DNA from: an uncultured archaeon | GTDB taxonomy: Archaea; Nanobdellota; Nanobdellia; Pacearchaeales; GW2011-AR1 | Assembly: GCA_902385655.1 (NCBI GenBank) | Contig: CABMGO010000005.1 | Span: forward strand, 248,693 to 312,692 | Reading direction: 5' to 3' | DNA length: 64,000 nucleotides | Part shown: positions 19,600 to 30,502 of the stretch, piece by piece | Position numbering within the stretch: the first letter of the stretch is position 1 | How the letters are laid out: every line of letters begins with the position of its first letter | Notes under the pieces: generated by a model | What the model saw: only the letters and a program-made list of their open reading frames with translations | Databases searched by the model: none | Told to the model about the DNA's origin: nothing | Made by a program: the position numbers and the translations under genes

Positions 19600-19839
19600 T
19601 TACTTCAAATTTGATGGAGATATGAAGATTATTGTGTCTCCTCTCAAGAACGCAAGGCCGTAGCTTCTTGTCATTTGACCATTATCCATTTCTTTTGCAT
19701 TGTCCATGACAATGTTGATATGGATGTCAAAAGCAACAAGAGTTCCAACGATCTGCTTGCCAGTCTTAAGCTGAACAATGATCTCTTTACCTTTGGACTG
19801 ATTTAACAAATCCAATGGTCTCTCGATTCCTTTTACCAT
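19600..19839 (-). CDS. Sm/LSm-like archaeal protein
   Basis: RPLDLLNQSKGKEIIVQLKTGKQIVGTLVAFDIHINIVMDNA...FLRGDTIIFISP. Confidence 0.9.
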   Translation of the reverse strand: MVKGIERPLDLLNQSKGKEIIVQLKTGKQIVGTLVAFDIHINIVMDNAKEMDNGQMTRSYGLAFLRGDTIIFISPSNLK

Positions 19840-19985
19840 AATTCATTCTTATTTCATGTCTTTTTAAAGATATCTGTGATATTTTTTTTCTCGGATAAAA
19901 CTAATTTTCAAGTATCCTAAAAATAGAAGACAGAAACTTTCTCACTTAACAAAAAGGACAATTTTAGAAAGTAGAAATAAACTCG

Positions 19986-20164
19986 AAGAAAACTTTGCAA
20001 TTCCCAAACAAGTTGGCTAACACAAAATAATTTGGAGGAGGGTGAGCAATTCGCTTTTCATAAAATATGCAAAGCAACAAAAATAAAACTCAGAAATGTA
20101 AATTGCGAAAGTTCTGCGAAGCAGAAATAGAGTGGGAGATTAGAATCGCAAAGTTTTCGACCAA
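19986..20164 (+). repeat. Subtype-B relative of the 96-nt structured element, with a family-1 hairpin in its variable arm
   Basis: GAAAACTTTGCAATTC / GAATCGCAAAGTTTTC outer stem; GAGGAGGGTGAGC...; AGTGGGGAGATTAG; TTTTCGACC. Confidence 0.55.
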
Positions 20165-20238
20165 ACCACATACGCTCGCACTTCGTGCTCGCATAAAAAA
20201 TCCAAACGTTTATAAATGAATTTTTGTGATAAACACAT

Positions 20239-20595
20239 ATGGCAGGAAGAAAAATATCCGGTGGAAAATACCACAAAGCAAGAAAGAAAAAGAAATATGA
20301 ACGAAGAGGACACGACAGAGTAGTTAGACTTGCAGATAGAAAAGTTAAAATGATAAGAGGAAGAGGCGGAAGTTTAAAACAAGTTTCTCTTGCTCAAAAT
20401 ACAATCAACATCATCAAAAACGGCAAAGGCAAAGTTGCTAAGATAAAAAACGTAGTAGAAACACCCTCAAATCGTTTCCTAGCTAGACAAAATGTTCTCG
20501 TTAAAGGAGCTATTGTCGATACTGATTTAGGCAAAGCAAGAATAACAAACAGACCAACACAAGAAGGCCATGTTCAGGGCGTTTTAGTTGAATAG
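20239..20595 (+). CDS. rps8e: 30S ribosomal protein S8e
   Basis: MAGRKISGGKYHKARKKKKYERRG... Confidence 0.9.
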   Translation: MAGRKISGGKYHKARKKKKYERRGHDRVVRLADRKVKMIRGRGGSLKQVSLAQNTINIIKNGKGKVAKIKNVVETPSNRFLARQNVLVKGAIVDTDLGKARITNRPTQEGHVQGVLVE

Positions 20596-20638
20596 TCATT
20601 GAGGAGATAGTTATTAGGAACTAAATTCTAAGTAAAAA

Positions 20639-21208
20639 ATGAAAAGAAATTATGAATTTCATCTTTTAAATCCCTTCACTGAAGATAATCTAGATTTTTA
20701 TGAAATGCAAGCTGGCTGGAAAAATTGGGATGTTTTAGAAAAAAGATGGACACTTTTATTCCAAAGTGGCCGAGAAAAAGAAGTCATAGCTGAATTAAGT
20801 AACAGCACCTTAAGACTTCCACTTAAAAAGAGACATACTCCCTTAGTTAAAATAGACGAAGATTATTATGCTCATCAAGGAGATATCAGCTGCCTCAATC
20901 AAAATGAAACCACTAAGATGACAATAGCTAGATATCTTAAAATAGACTTGAATAGTTACAAAGAAGAAGCAGTGAAAGTTGCAACTAAGATGATTCGAGA
21001 ACATGACTTATCTCTCGGTGACCGAGCAATAGTAAGAAATGTTGCACTATTATCCTTAGAAAAAATTATAGAACTATTATCATCCGAATCAAGATTTGAT
21101 TTCCCAATAGATTTAGTTTTAGAATTAGATAAAAACGAAGGAACAATTGAGGAATTAGAAAGATATGGATTTGAAGTAGATTCAACAAAAGTAAGAACAT
21201 ATAGATAA
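20639..21208 (+). CDS. Hypothetical protein
   Basis: 189-aa ORF. Confidence 0.5.
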   Translation: MKRNYEFHLLNPFTEDNLDFYEMQAGWKNWDVLEKRWTLLFQSGREKEVIAELSNSTLRLPLKKRHTPLVKIDEDYYAHQGDISCLNQNETTKMTIARYLKIDLNSYKEEAVKVATKMIREHDLSLGDRAIVRNVALLSLEKIIELLSSESRFDFPIDLVLELDKNEGTIEELERYGFEVDSTKVRTYR

Positions 21209-21276
21209 ACTCTCTCGTCGACATAAACCGAAAGGTTTAAAAATGCAAATCGTTTAAAAACCTTACTATATCTAAC

Positions 21277-22251
21277 ATGGTTCAAGCAAAAAAATGTCCA
21301 GAGTGCGGTAGTTCTCATTTAATTTACGACGAAGCAAGAAGCGAAGTCATTTGTGGTGACTGTGGTCTTTTAGTTGAAGAAAAAATGGTGGATACATCTC
21401 ATGAATTAAGAGCTTTTGACAAATCAGAAAAAAAATCAAGAGGTGGCGCACCAATTTCTATGCAAAAATTCGACAAAGGTTTAACAACTAACGTCGGAGA
21501 AATTTCAGACATTTACAAATTAGATTCTGCAAACCAAACAAGAAAGTATTTAAGATTAAAAAAATGGCAAGAAAGAGTTTCAACATCTATTGAAAGAAAT
21601 TTAAGACTTGCAATGGCAGAATTAAGAAGAGTCGCATCTTTCTTAGAACTTCCTCCAGTAGTTAGAGAAGAAGCTGCAAGAGTTTACAATTATGTTTTAC
21701 AAAGAGGACTAGTCCGAGGAAGATCCATGGAGTCCGTAATTGCTGCATGTATTTATGCTGCTTGTAGATCATACAATATTCCCAGAACATTAGATGAAAT
21801 TTCCATCGCATCTGAAGTAGAAAGAAAAGAAATTGGAAGAACATACAGATTTATCATAAGAAAAATTGGAATTAAAGTTACTCCCTCATCTCCAAAAGAC
21901 TACATTTCTAGATTTGCATCAACATTGCACTTATCTCCAAAATCTCAAAATGGAGCATTAGACATTTTGAAAAGAGCAGAAATTTCCGAGTTAACATCCG
22001 GAAGAGGCCCTGCAGGAATTGCAGCAGCAGCATTATATGTTTCAGCTTTACTCAGCGACGAGAAAAAAACACAAAGAGAAGTCGCAGATGTTGCAGGAAT
22101 AACAGAAGTTACAATAAGAAATAGGTATAAAGAACTTTTAGACAGATTGGGCCTTGAAGAAAAAATAAAACTAAAAGAAACTGAAAAATCAAGCCCGAAA
22201 GAGGAAACTGAAAAAGAAGAAAAGAAAACAGAAAAAACTTCTAAAAAATAA
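21277..22251 (+). CDS. tfb: Transcription initiation factor IIB
   Basis: CPECGSSHLIYDEARSEVICGDCGLLVEE Zn ribbon and cyclin-like repeats. Confidence 0.95.
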   Translation: MVQAKKCPECGSSHLIYDEARSEVICGDCGLLVEEKMVDTSHELRAFDKSEKKSRGGAPISMQKFDKGLTTNVGEISDIYKLDSANQTRKYLRLKKWQERVSTSIERNLRLAMAELRRVASFLELPPVVREEAARVYNYVLQRGLVRGRSMESVIAACIYAACRSYNIPRTLDEISIASEVERKEIGRTYRFIIRKIGIKVTPSSPKDYISRFASTLHLSPKSQNGALDILKRAEISELTSGRGPAGIAAAALYVSALLSDEKKTQREVADVAGITEVTIRNRYKELLDRLGLEEKIKLKETEKSSPKEETEKEEKKTEKTSKK

Positions 22252-22312
22252 TTCTGATAAAAATTAAAAGAATTAACTAAATCTTTAAATAGCACGATCG
22301 TCTCTCAAAATT

Positions 22313-22513
22313 ATGGCACTAAGTATCGGAGAAAAAGAAAGAACTTATCTGGATTCAGTCTACTCTCTTCATAGAGCTGTAACTACCGAACAAAAAATAG
22401 AAGTATTGCAAAGAAGAAGCAGATATAGGTATGACAGCTGTTCAACAATTGATGAAAGACTTCAAGCATTAGAATTAGCAACAATATCTGACGAAGCACC
22501 TCCACAGGACTAA
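22313..22513 (+). CDS. Small hypothetical protein
   Basis: 66-aa ORF downstream of a TATA-like element. Confidence 0.45.
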   Translation: MALSIGEKERTYLDSVYSLHRAVTTEQKIEVLQRRSRYRYDSCSTIDERLQALELATISDEAPPQD

Positions 22514-22717
22514 CCCTCCAAAAGTTCTAGCCCAATAGGGTTTTATGTTAACTAAATTTAATTTTTTTAACCATTTGGGGAGATGCCTATGCTACTCTAA
22601 GTTTACATCTCGCAATTTTTTTATAGATTTAATTGGTTTGCTCGAAGCGAACTTTTCGGTCAAACGTTTGCCCACTCCGATAATTTTATAAGCATTCTTT
22701 GTTCAAACTCTTTATTC

Positions 22718-22800
22718 GGGGAGATGCCGGAGTGGTCAAACGGGTCTGGCTTAGGACCAGATAGCTTACGCTTACAGGGGTTCGAATCCTCTTCTCCCCA
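22718..22800 (+). tRNA. tRNA-Leu (TAG)
   Basis: GGGGAGA...TCTCCCC acceptor; TCTGG CTTAGGA CCAGA; long variable arm. Confidence 0.9.
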
Positions 22801-22864
22801 TTTCTATTTGCTGTTGAATGAAATGAAACAGCATTGAAGAAGATTCTAATGCTATACAAAAACA

Positions 22865-22955
22865 GGGGACGAACAAAACGCTTCGAGTGAAAAGAAAAGT
22901 AAAATGAAAATTATTTTCACGAGATGCATTTTGTGAGGGAGAATCCTCTTCTCCC
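22865..22955 (+). repeat. Family-1 hairpin repeat (copy D) followed by 15-bp duplicate of the tRNA-Leu 3' end
   Basis: ggggacgaacaaaacgcttcgag...gagatgcattttgtgaggga + gaatcctcttctccc (identical to 22784-22798). Confidence 0.7.
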
Positions 22956-22969
22956 ATGCCTCACTAAAA

Positions 22970-25900
22970 TTAAGCAACACTAGAACAACTTAAATCAGTA
23001 CCACCATAAGTACAACCGTTAAGATAACTTAAATCAGAATAAGCAGAAGAAATACTTATCGGCTGATTCTTTGTAACCCTTGCAACAATTGCATCACCTT
23101 TCTTAACTAAATAATAATCTCCGCCAGCACTTGCAAGAACATACCCACTATCAGCACCATTAACCAAGATAATATTGTTGGATCCAATACTAACTTTCGG
23201 AGAAGTGCTACTCGAAGCAATATCTGCTGCAGCTGCAGCGTCAGTCTGAGCAGGAGTTTCTTGTGCAATTTGAGTTGTTGTGCCGCCCTTATTAGAGCTA
23301 GTATCTGGAGCACCAATAATAAGCTTCACAACTTTTTCATACAAGAAATATTTCTGCAATAATGCCTCCGCCTGCTGTAAGTCTAAATAAGCATAACTGA
23401 TTAATTTATCAACACTACTCAAAGTAGGTTGTATTTTACTATCGATATTCGAAGCAGTTGTAGATTTGTCTATGCCTGCCAAATTAGAAATATTTGTTCT
23501 TACTGCCAACAATAAAGCAGAAGTTTCATTTTCAGTCAAAACACCATCGCCCGTGTTTACTCTATTCTGTATAAAATCCTGAGCACTTGCAATACTACCC
23601 GTAGCTCCATAAACTTCACTAACTACATTCTTCACAGAATTTTGATCCAACCAACATTTAATATTATCTGACCCACACGTTCCAACTTGAGTCCATCTAG
23701 CAGAATTTGTTCCCTTTCCAGGATTTTCCGTCGCACAAACTCGCACAATTCCATTCAGAGCAATATTTGGTTGGGTAGCAGTTTCTACTCCTGCCTGAGG
23801 ATTTAAGTTAGCAAGACCATAAACACTTGCACTTCCCTGGATACACTCTTTTTCAGTTTGTATATTTGTCTGATTAGCTTGATCTTTTGCATACGCCGCG
23901 TTTAGTGTATCCAAACCATAATCAGTTGTAACGGATTTGAACCCACACTCTTCTCTTCCATTAATTGAAACACAAAGTTCTTTATATCCTGCAGGAAGAG
24001 TCATATCTTTAGTTTCAGAAACTTGCGCACCAGCAGCAATATATCCAACCTTCACGCTAACTCTTTGTGCATTAACATAATAACTCGAGCTTGGAGGATT
24101 TTTCAAATAAACTTGGTAACTTACTCCAGTATCTTTTCCAGCATAAATATGGTAAAACACTTTATACTGTGAAGTAGCAGGAACAGTCGCCTCTGTAAAA
24201 GGAATTTCGCTAAACTGCGCATAAAATTGGTAAGGAGATTCAGGTTGCAATAGTTTATCTAAAATATCTCCAGAACCAGGAATAGAAGTTCCAACAAAAT
24301 TTCTACAATATTCGGTGCCGATATCTTCAATGTTTCCAAATTTAACCGCACTAAATGAATTTACAGCATAAGTATTTTTGAAATAGTCCAAACTTTTTTG
24401 CATGTTATCCCATGAAGCTTGGAAAGTTGCGTACTCTCCTCCACCGCCTGTTTGACCAAATCCTTTTTGTCCACCCGTATAAACATACTCTGCAAGATTA
24501 GGGATTAAGTTTTGCATTAGAGGGGCAGCCTGTCTCCAGAAAAATTCACATTTGTAAACCGCAGTTATCTCATCGCAAATTCCAGAATAAGTACCATTAT
24601 TTGCTGCTGCTGCCATGCAATCTCTTTGTGCTTTCAAAATAGAAATGTAGCCATCTATTCCTGCATAAACTCCCGTTAAACAGAATGGAACAAAAACATC
24701 TCCGCCAAGTCCAACAAAGTTCTTAGAACATAAAACCAAACTTCCAATAATTCCAGACTGAATAACATTCGGAACATTTGTCTGTCCTCCGAAATTACAC
24801 CTTGAACTTGGGCAGATAACCGGGTCACAGACGTTGTATAAAACCTTACAATCATCAACACTCATAAAGTCTTCACATTCATAGGGAAGATTTCCATCAC
24901 TAGTCATTGGAGCATCAACACCTACAGAACCGAAAGAAGAAATGCTAATCGACTTTTTGCCATATTGTTGTGCAGCTTGTCTAATTGCACTTTCAGCTTC
25001 AGATCTTAATCTCTGAACATCCTGTGTTGACAAAGCACACTCACCGTAAGTTGTTGCATCAGTATTAACATTATTACTAAAACAAGAATCATCTCCGCCT
25101 CTTAATTCCATTATCCCATTTGCACCAACACTACAGAGATAGTAATAAGTAGGAACTCCAGAAACAGTATATCCCTTAACATTATTAGACAAGAAACCTC
25201 CGCTAGACTGAGGAACAAGAACATACCACCCTTGTTTATCGAATGGGACTACTGCAGGCATTCCTTTGTTGGGGTCACTATCGTAAAATCTAACTCGTGC
25301 ATCCTTGTAGTTATAATTGCATTTCTTACCAATATTTTCCTTGAAAATAATTTGTGAACCTTGCAAGTCTTTGGTTTCGACAACATTTTTTAATTGAATT
25401 TGAGTTTTATCCGAGCTAACATCAAATGCTACCTTAATTCTTTCTTGATAACTAGAAGAAGCAGTATTATCTGTTTTAACAGCAACAAGGAGTATCCACT
25501 GCCCATTAGGTTTAACTGAAGAAATGCCTACCTTGGCGTTGTCATCAACTCCAGACATAGCTCTAGAAAATGTTTCTTCAACGCTTCCAGAACTTGGATT
25601 AACTAACGAATTAGAAATAACTTTTTTTAAGTTACCTAGACTAATTGGGAAAATACCATTGACAGTAATTTTATTTTTATCAGTTAAAACAGAATAAGCA
25701 CTGTCCTTTATAGACGCTGGGAGCTCCTCCGCCAAAGTAGCCGTATTTCCGTTAGCATTTAAATTAGAATAAATCCCATAAAGCACATTATTAGTAGTAC
25801 CTTGTATAGAGGTTTTAAATTGCGGACTTGCCTTTTGACAACTCTGGATTTCCTTATTTAATAAATACGATTTAACATTATCAAATGTACCAAAATTATT

Positions 25901-28594
25901 TGTGGAAATGATTCCGCCAGCTCCAACAGAAATAGCAGAATTCGCATTAGAAGAATTTGCCTTCCACTGCTCCAAAGTCTGATTACCGACATTAGCGTTA
26001 ACATTATTCATCGCAGTTTTATAACAGTCAATATCATTAGAAATATTCTGAGAAAGAGCACTATAACACTGGCTCTTAGACATAGTTCTCAACTCGGCGC
26101 CATTAACAGTATCATTGCTTAAACAATAATTTTTGTAGTATTTCATAACCTCTTGTCTCGCCAAACTTTCTCCAGTAAATCCTCCAAATAAATTTTTAAC
26201 TTGTAAACCCAAACCAGTAACTAGACAAGCAGCCTTCCAAGTTTTTACCAATTCTCCCAGCTGAGCATTTTTAGCTTCCCAACTCTTTATTGTTTCATTT
26301 AATGAATTTGAAATATCTTTTGCTCTCTCAGGATTTATTGGTATACTTCTTTGTTCAATTCCAATATGGAAACTAAAATTAGCTTCGGAATGAGTGTTCA
26401 ACTGAGAAATCAACGAAACAAAAGCAACCTCTTTGACATTTGTATCAGTGATTAATATATTATACTCTACACCATCGATATTTATTTTCTGAGAAGTATC
26501 TCTGTTACCTGTAGAATCAAATTGGAAAGAACGAGTACTTGTTCTTTGATAACCGGATTTGCTCCAATTATAAAAATCTAGAGAAACGCTTGTAGGCTGT
26601 ATATCTTCTACGAGGAAATAAGGAGGATTCTGTTGAGTAGACAAGTTAAATCTTGCACCTTCCAAAACATCGCTTCCAGTAATTGTTTTTCCAGAAGCAG
26701 GAGTTATAACAAAACTAGTTTTTCTATTTTGTAAAGGGGCCGCGTAAAATTGCTTCAAAGAGATTGTGTGATACAAATTGTTTACATAAACACTTTTGAA
26801 AGCATTAGAACTATCGTAATTCGTAGAATAAGATAGCTGATCACGCACATAAGAAGCTTGACCAGAGTCGGGATATAATTCCAAAAATTTATTCGCTAAT
26901 TCTATTTTTCTAGAATCATAAGTATGCAATCCTCGAGCATTAAGCTCATCAATCAATTGCATCGCAGAAATAATTCCTTGTTCTCCATAAGTAGAATACG
27001 CATCTCTCGCAGAAGGATTTGTATCTAAAAGTTCTTTCAAAGATTGATCAGCTTTATTGAAATATTCTTGAGCAGAATCAATTTGACTTTGAGTCAGAGG
27101 TGAAGAAGACTGAACAAGTTCCTTTCCAGGATTAACAAGACCAGTAAATACTCTAGCAGTAGGCCCGCTGTCTAAGTCTACATTAGCACCATTAAGAATA
27201 ATTTTAACTTTATCAGAATCTAAATTTAATTTTCTTGCCAAAGAAGATTCAAGATTCTGAACATCTTGAGCCCCAGTTGCACCTCTAATCGCATCATTTA
27301 ACTTAGCGTAAATATCTTGACTAATAATAGTATTTTTGTCTTGACCGATTAGAACAATAAAATCATTTCCAGTTTTCAAACTGCCCGCAGTTATCTGAGA
27401 AGTACCTGCATAAGCTAAATACCAGTCATATTCTTTGGAAGAACTAGAAGATTTCTTACCAGTATAAACTTTATCAGAAACATTATACAAATCAAATTCA
27501 CTATCCGAACCAGAAACAGGAATATTTGCAGAAAGAGAATTAAGCAAACTCAACTGAAAGCTAGATCCAGGACATCGAACACCGACATTACCCGTAGTTC
27601 CAGCAATAAGATTCACAGACGTAACAGTACATCTTCCATCAAGGAGTTTTGAGCCCTTAACAACCCAAACATCATCACCATCAATATTCAACAGCGCTTT
27701 GTCCTCTTCTCCAACAAGGCTGTTCAACTTAACTTGAATACCTGCACTACAATAAAATCCCGGAAAATAAAATAAAGAACTAGTTTCTCCAACCTTTAAG
27801 TTAAACTCACTTACTTTTTGATCTTCGCTTGTATAAACAGCAATTCTCGCACTGTCCCCTTGAACGTCAATAACTCGCAATAAACCTCGTCCCTGCCAAA
27901 AACTTGCTTGGCCTCTACCCTGCTGCCAATCAGTCTCATCAACAGTTTCCAAGTAATATTCTCCAGAACCAGTCCCAAATGCATTCTGAGCATCATAAGC
28001 CATCGTTGCAGTTAAATTTCCAGAAACATTCGTAGGTGAACCACTTTCATTAGCTTGCTTTTTTAAGATAATAACAACATATCCCAAATTATTAATTGTA
28101 GGACTTCCTAAAACACTATTGTAGCTTCTTATAGCTGCTTGAGCTGGATGAAAACTGATTCCTGCAACTTGCGAAGGATAATTTCCTTTGAAAGAAATTG
28201 ATTTTATAGAGGAAACTTTGATTAAGGGATTTACCTTCGCACCAATCAATTGACAAAAGACTGGGACATTTTGGTCTGCAAGTAAATCACTTCTAACAAC
28301 TGCTGGTGAACATCCTCCAGGAGGAATCATAACAAGAAAATCATTATTATCTGTACATTGAGCATTAGCACTTTCTGAATATTGGGGCCAGTAAGTTGCA
28401 ATATCTGCTCCAGAATAAATATCCTGAAAACTAGGATTATAGAATTGAGTTTGAGTGTTATAAAAAGATGAAGTTGAACCAACAGTATTGCTAAATGTCG
28501 TCGCTGCGCTGACTAAGCCAGGTAAAACAAGCAGTATCAAAATTAAAATAAATTTTTTCATTTCCAGGATAAATCTAATATTGAATCCTCCCAA
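22970..28594 (-). CDS. Giant secreted protein (1874 aa), function unknown
   Basis: Single ORF with signal peptide (MKKFILILILLVLPGLVSA), many Cys, dedicated-surface-protein composition. Confidence 0.7.
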   Translation of the reverse strand: MGGFNIRFILEMKKFILILILLVLPGLVSAATTFSNTVGSTSSFYNTQTQFYNPSFQDIYSGADIATYWPQYSESANAQCTDNNDFLVMIPPGGCSPAVVRSDLLADQNVPVFCQLIGAKVNPLIKVSSIKSISFKGNYPSQVAGISFHPAQAAIRSYNSVLGSPTINNLGYVVIILKKQANESGSPTNVSGNLTATMAYDAQNAFGTGSGEYYLETVDETDWQQGRGQASFWQGRGLLRVIDVQGDSARIAVYTSEDQKVSEFNLKVGETSSLFYFPGFYCSAGIQVKLNSLVGEEDKALLNIDGDDVWVVKGSKLLDGRCTVTSVNLIAGTTGNVGVRCPGSSFQLSLLNSLSANIPVSGSDSEFDLYNVSDKVYTGKKSSSSSKEYDWYLAYAGTSQITAGSLKTGNDFIVLIGQDKNTIISQDIYAKLNDAIRGATGAQDVQNLESSLARKLNLDSDKVKIILNGANVDLDSGPTARVFTGLVNPGKELVQSSSPLTQSQIDSAQEYFNKADQSLKELLDTNPSARDAYSTYGEQGIISAMQLIDELNARGLHTYDSRKIELANKFLELYPDSGQASYVRDQLSYSTNYDSSNAFKSVYVNNLYHTISLKQFYAAPLQNRKTSFVITPASGKTITGSDVLEGARFNLSTQQNPPYFLVEDIQPTSVSLDFYNWSKSGYQRTSTRSFQFDSTGNRDTSQKINIDGVEYNILITDTNVKEVAFVSLISQLNTHSEANFSFHIGIEQRSIPINPERAKDISNSLNETIKSWEAKNAQLGELVKTWKAACLVTGLGLQVKNLFGGFTGESLARQEVMKYYKNYCLSNDTVNGAELRTMSKSQCYSALSQNISNDIDCYKTAMNNVNANVGNQTLEQWKANSSNANSAISVGAGGIISTNNFGTFDNVKSYLLNKEIQSCQKASPQFKTSIQGTTNNVLYGIYSNLNANGNTATLAEELPASIKDSAYSVLTDKNKITVNGIFPISLGNLKKVISNSLVNPSSGSVEETFSRAMSGVDDNAKVGISSVKPNGQWILLVAVKTDNTASSSYQERIKVAFDVSSDKTQIQLKNVVETKDLQGSQIIFKENIGKKCNYNYKDARVRFYDSDPNKGMPAVVPFDKQGWYVLVPQSSGGFLSNNVKGYTVSGVPTYYYLCSVGANGIMELRGGDDSCFSNNVNTDATTYGECALSTQDVQRLRSEAESAIRQAAQQYGKKSISISSFGSVGVDAPMTSDGNLPYECEDFMSVDDCKVLYNVCDPVICPSSRCNFGGQTNVPNVIQSGIIGSLVLCSKNFVGLGGDVFVPFCLTGVYAGIDGYISILKAQRDCMAAAANNGTYSGICDEITAVYKCEFFWRQAAPLMQNLIPNLAEYVYTGGQKGFGQTGGGGEYATFQASWDNMQKSLDYFKNTYAVNSFSAVKFGNIEDIGTEYCRNFVGTSIPGSGDILDKLLQPESPYQFYAQFSEIPFTEATVPATSQYKVFYHIYAGKDTGVSYQVYLKNPPSSSYYVNAQRVSVKVGYIAAGAQVSETKDMTLPAGYKELCVSINGREECGFKSVTTDYGLDTLNAAYAKDQANQTNIQTEKECIQGSASVYGLANLNPQAGVETATQPNIALNGIVRVCATENPGKGTNSARWTQVGTCGSDNIKCWLDQNSVKNVVSEVYGATGSIASAQDFIQNRVNTGDGVLTENETSALLLAVRTNISNLAGIDKSTTASNIDSKIQPTLSSVDKLISYAYLDLQQAEALLQKYFLYEKVVKLIIGAPDTSSNKGGTTTQIAQETPAQTDAAAAADIASSSTSPKVSIGSNNIILVNGADSGYVLASAGGDYYLVKKGDAIVARVTKNQPISISSAYSDLSYLNGCTYGGTDLSCSSVA

Positions 28595-30441
28595 GTTAAA
28601 TAGTTATCTTGTAGTTCTTGAAGACTTGTAGGAGTTTTAAACACAGGAATATCAACACTTAACTTCTTTCCAGCTGTAAGATCAGAATCTATAAAGTAAT
28701 CATATCCCTTACCGCCACCAACTAGAGCAGAATCCACATTCTGGGAAGGAATATTGACGTCGAAGCATTGTTCTTTGCTATCCCCGAGTAAACCAGCAAA
28801 GCTAGTAGAAGCAACTTCAAAACATTTCTTATCATTTATTGCAGGGAAAACAATTGTAGAATTTTTATAAACATAAGCAGTAACATTGTATTCTCCCTCA
28901 ACCAAATCAACTGAATTCGAGTCAGGATAATTCAAAACAGAGCTATAATCTTTCGAAGAGAAAACAACAGTTGCTTTTGTAACGCTTGGTAAATCCACCT
29001 GAACAGAATGGATTTTCTTCATAATAACATCCGCACTTGTTTGAGTATTTGTTGAAATAATTTCGCTAGAGGGGGCATAACCTGGAGCATAAGCAGTCAA
29101 AACACCATTGACACATTGGGGCAATGCAATTGTTGTGGTAGATTCTCCCGCTTTTTCTTGAGTAGAACCAACTTCACAAGAATCGCTAACACAACTAAAT
29201 CTTAAACTTGCAGAGACAGGGTTTAAATTCAAATCATATGTTGAAACAGCAACATCTTGATTTCTAGTAGTACAGACAGGAGATTCCACAGAAGTTTCAT
29301 TCTCAACATTCAAAGCTGCTCTTGCCTCATTATTTTTTACAATTACTACCATAGGAAATTGGAATAGTTCATTGTTAGAATAAAGTTGAACAAGTACGGG
29401 GAAAGATATGTCGTATACAAAATGATAAGGAACAAAACACATTCCAAGCATGCCCATGCCCTCTTGAGTTCCAACAGGCTCGACAAAATTATTTCCGTAC
29501 ATCTCAATCTTTGTAGGCCAAGATCTTGAATAAATAAAATTTGCATTGTTTGAAACAGCATCTGGAAGATTAACAACAAAATATTTATTTGCAGCATTGT
29601 TTAAAGTATAGTAATTTCCTCGGAGTTTGAGATATGCAACGTTATTTTCAAGAGCACTCGAGATATTATTTTTAATCTGAGTTTCGTCGAATAATTTTGG
29701 AGTGCAACCGATATCTACACCAGTTACGGGAGCATTAAGTCTTAAGGTGTCAATAGCATAAGATTCCAAAAATGAAGAATTCATTTCTGAATCCAAAACT
29801 TCTGCAGCAGTTTTATAAAATGAGCCCATTTGAGAATTAATTGTAACCTCATGATTGCTTACTAGTGCAGACTCATTCTCAAAAGAAATAAACACAGGAT
29901 TTGTCAAAGTCAATTTAACTTGCTTGTCACCTATAGCTACATCAATATTTCCATCACCAATGTCAACATAAATTCCTTGAGAATTAAAAGAAGAAAAATC
30001 ACAGTCTGCTAATCCCTCTCGTATATATCTCGCCAAATCAGTTTCCATAGAATTTAAAGTAGGCCTATTTTCTTTCAAAAAATTATTTCCAGAAACGTAA
30101 AGCCAATACGGAATTGATGCGCCATAGAAATCCAGTTGGGAAGAAGTCGGAGCATAAGTACTTCCAGCATCAAAAGGAAGTTCATTAAGGTAAATGTAAC
30201 CTGCCTGCTGTCCCATCAAATTCAAACCAGTTTTTGCTCGTTCTTGAATACAAGATAAATAAGCTTGATATGCAGGTTCTAAATTTTTAGATAATCCCGA
30301 AGTGGTCGTTCCTCTTATAACAAAAAAAGCAACAAGTCCCGCAACTAAAACAATACCTAAAATAATAAACATAGTCAGCTGAGCTCGCTTGGATTTTAAA
30401 GAAATATTACTCTCAAAAAATTGCCCCTTTTTCATTGACAA
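28558..30441 (-). CDS. Membrane-anchored extracellular protein (627 aa) adjacent to giant secreted protein
   Basis: KRAQLTMFIILGIVLVAGLVAFFVI class-III-like signal/anchor; overlaps 22970-28594. Confidence 0.65.
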   Translation of the reverse strand: MSMKKGQFFESNISLKSKRAQLTMFIILGIVLVAGLVAFFVIRGTTTSGLSKNLEPAYQAYLSCIQERAKTGLNLMGQQAGYIYLNELPFDAGSTYAPTSSQLDFYGASIPYWLYVSGNNFLKENRPTLNSMETDLARYIREGLADCDFSSFNSQGIYVDIGDGNIDVAIGDKQVKLTLTNPVFISFENESALVSNHEVTINSQMGSFYKTAAEVLDSEMNSSFLESYAIDTLRLNAPVTGVDIGCTPKLFDETQIKNNISSALENNVAYLKLRGNYYTLNNAANKYFVVNLPDAVSNNANFIYSRSWPTKIEMYGNNFVEPVGTQEGMGMLGMCFVPYHFVYDISFPVLVQLYSNNELFQFPMVVIVKNNEARAALNVENETSVESPVCTTRNQDVAVSTYDLNLNPVSASLRFSCVSDSCEVGSTQEKAGESTTTIALPQCVNGVLTAYAPGYAPSSEIISTNTQTSADVIMKKIHSVQVDLPSVTKATVVFSSKDYSSVLNYPDSNSVDLVEGEYNVTAYVYKNSTIVFPAINDKKCFEVASTSFAGLLGDSKEQCFDVNIPSQNVDSALVGGGKGYDYFIDSDLTAGKKLSVDIPVFKTPTSLQELQDNYLTWEDSILDLSWK

Positions 30442-30502
30442 ATATAGAAAAATATGCTATATAAATATATTTATAAAACAAAATATTATCCAGATTGTAT
30501 GC

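Noticed and set aside
22970-28594. Antisense ORFs within the giant gene (23107, 24676, 27811)
   Set aside because: Short overlapping frames in other phases of a clearly coding gene.
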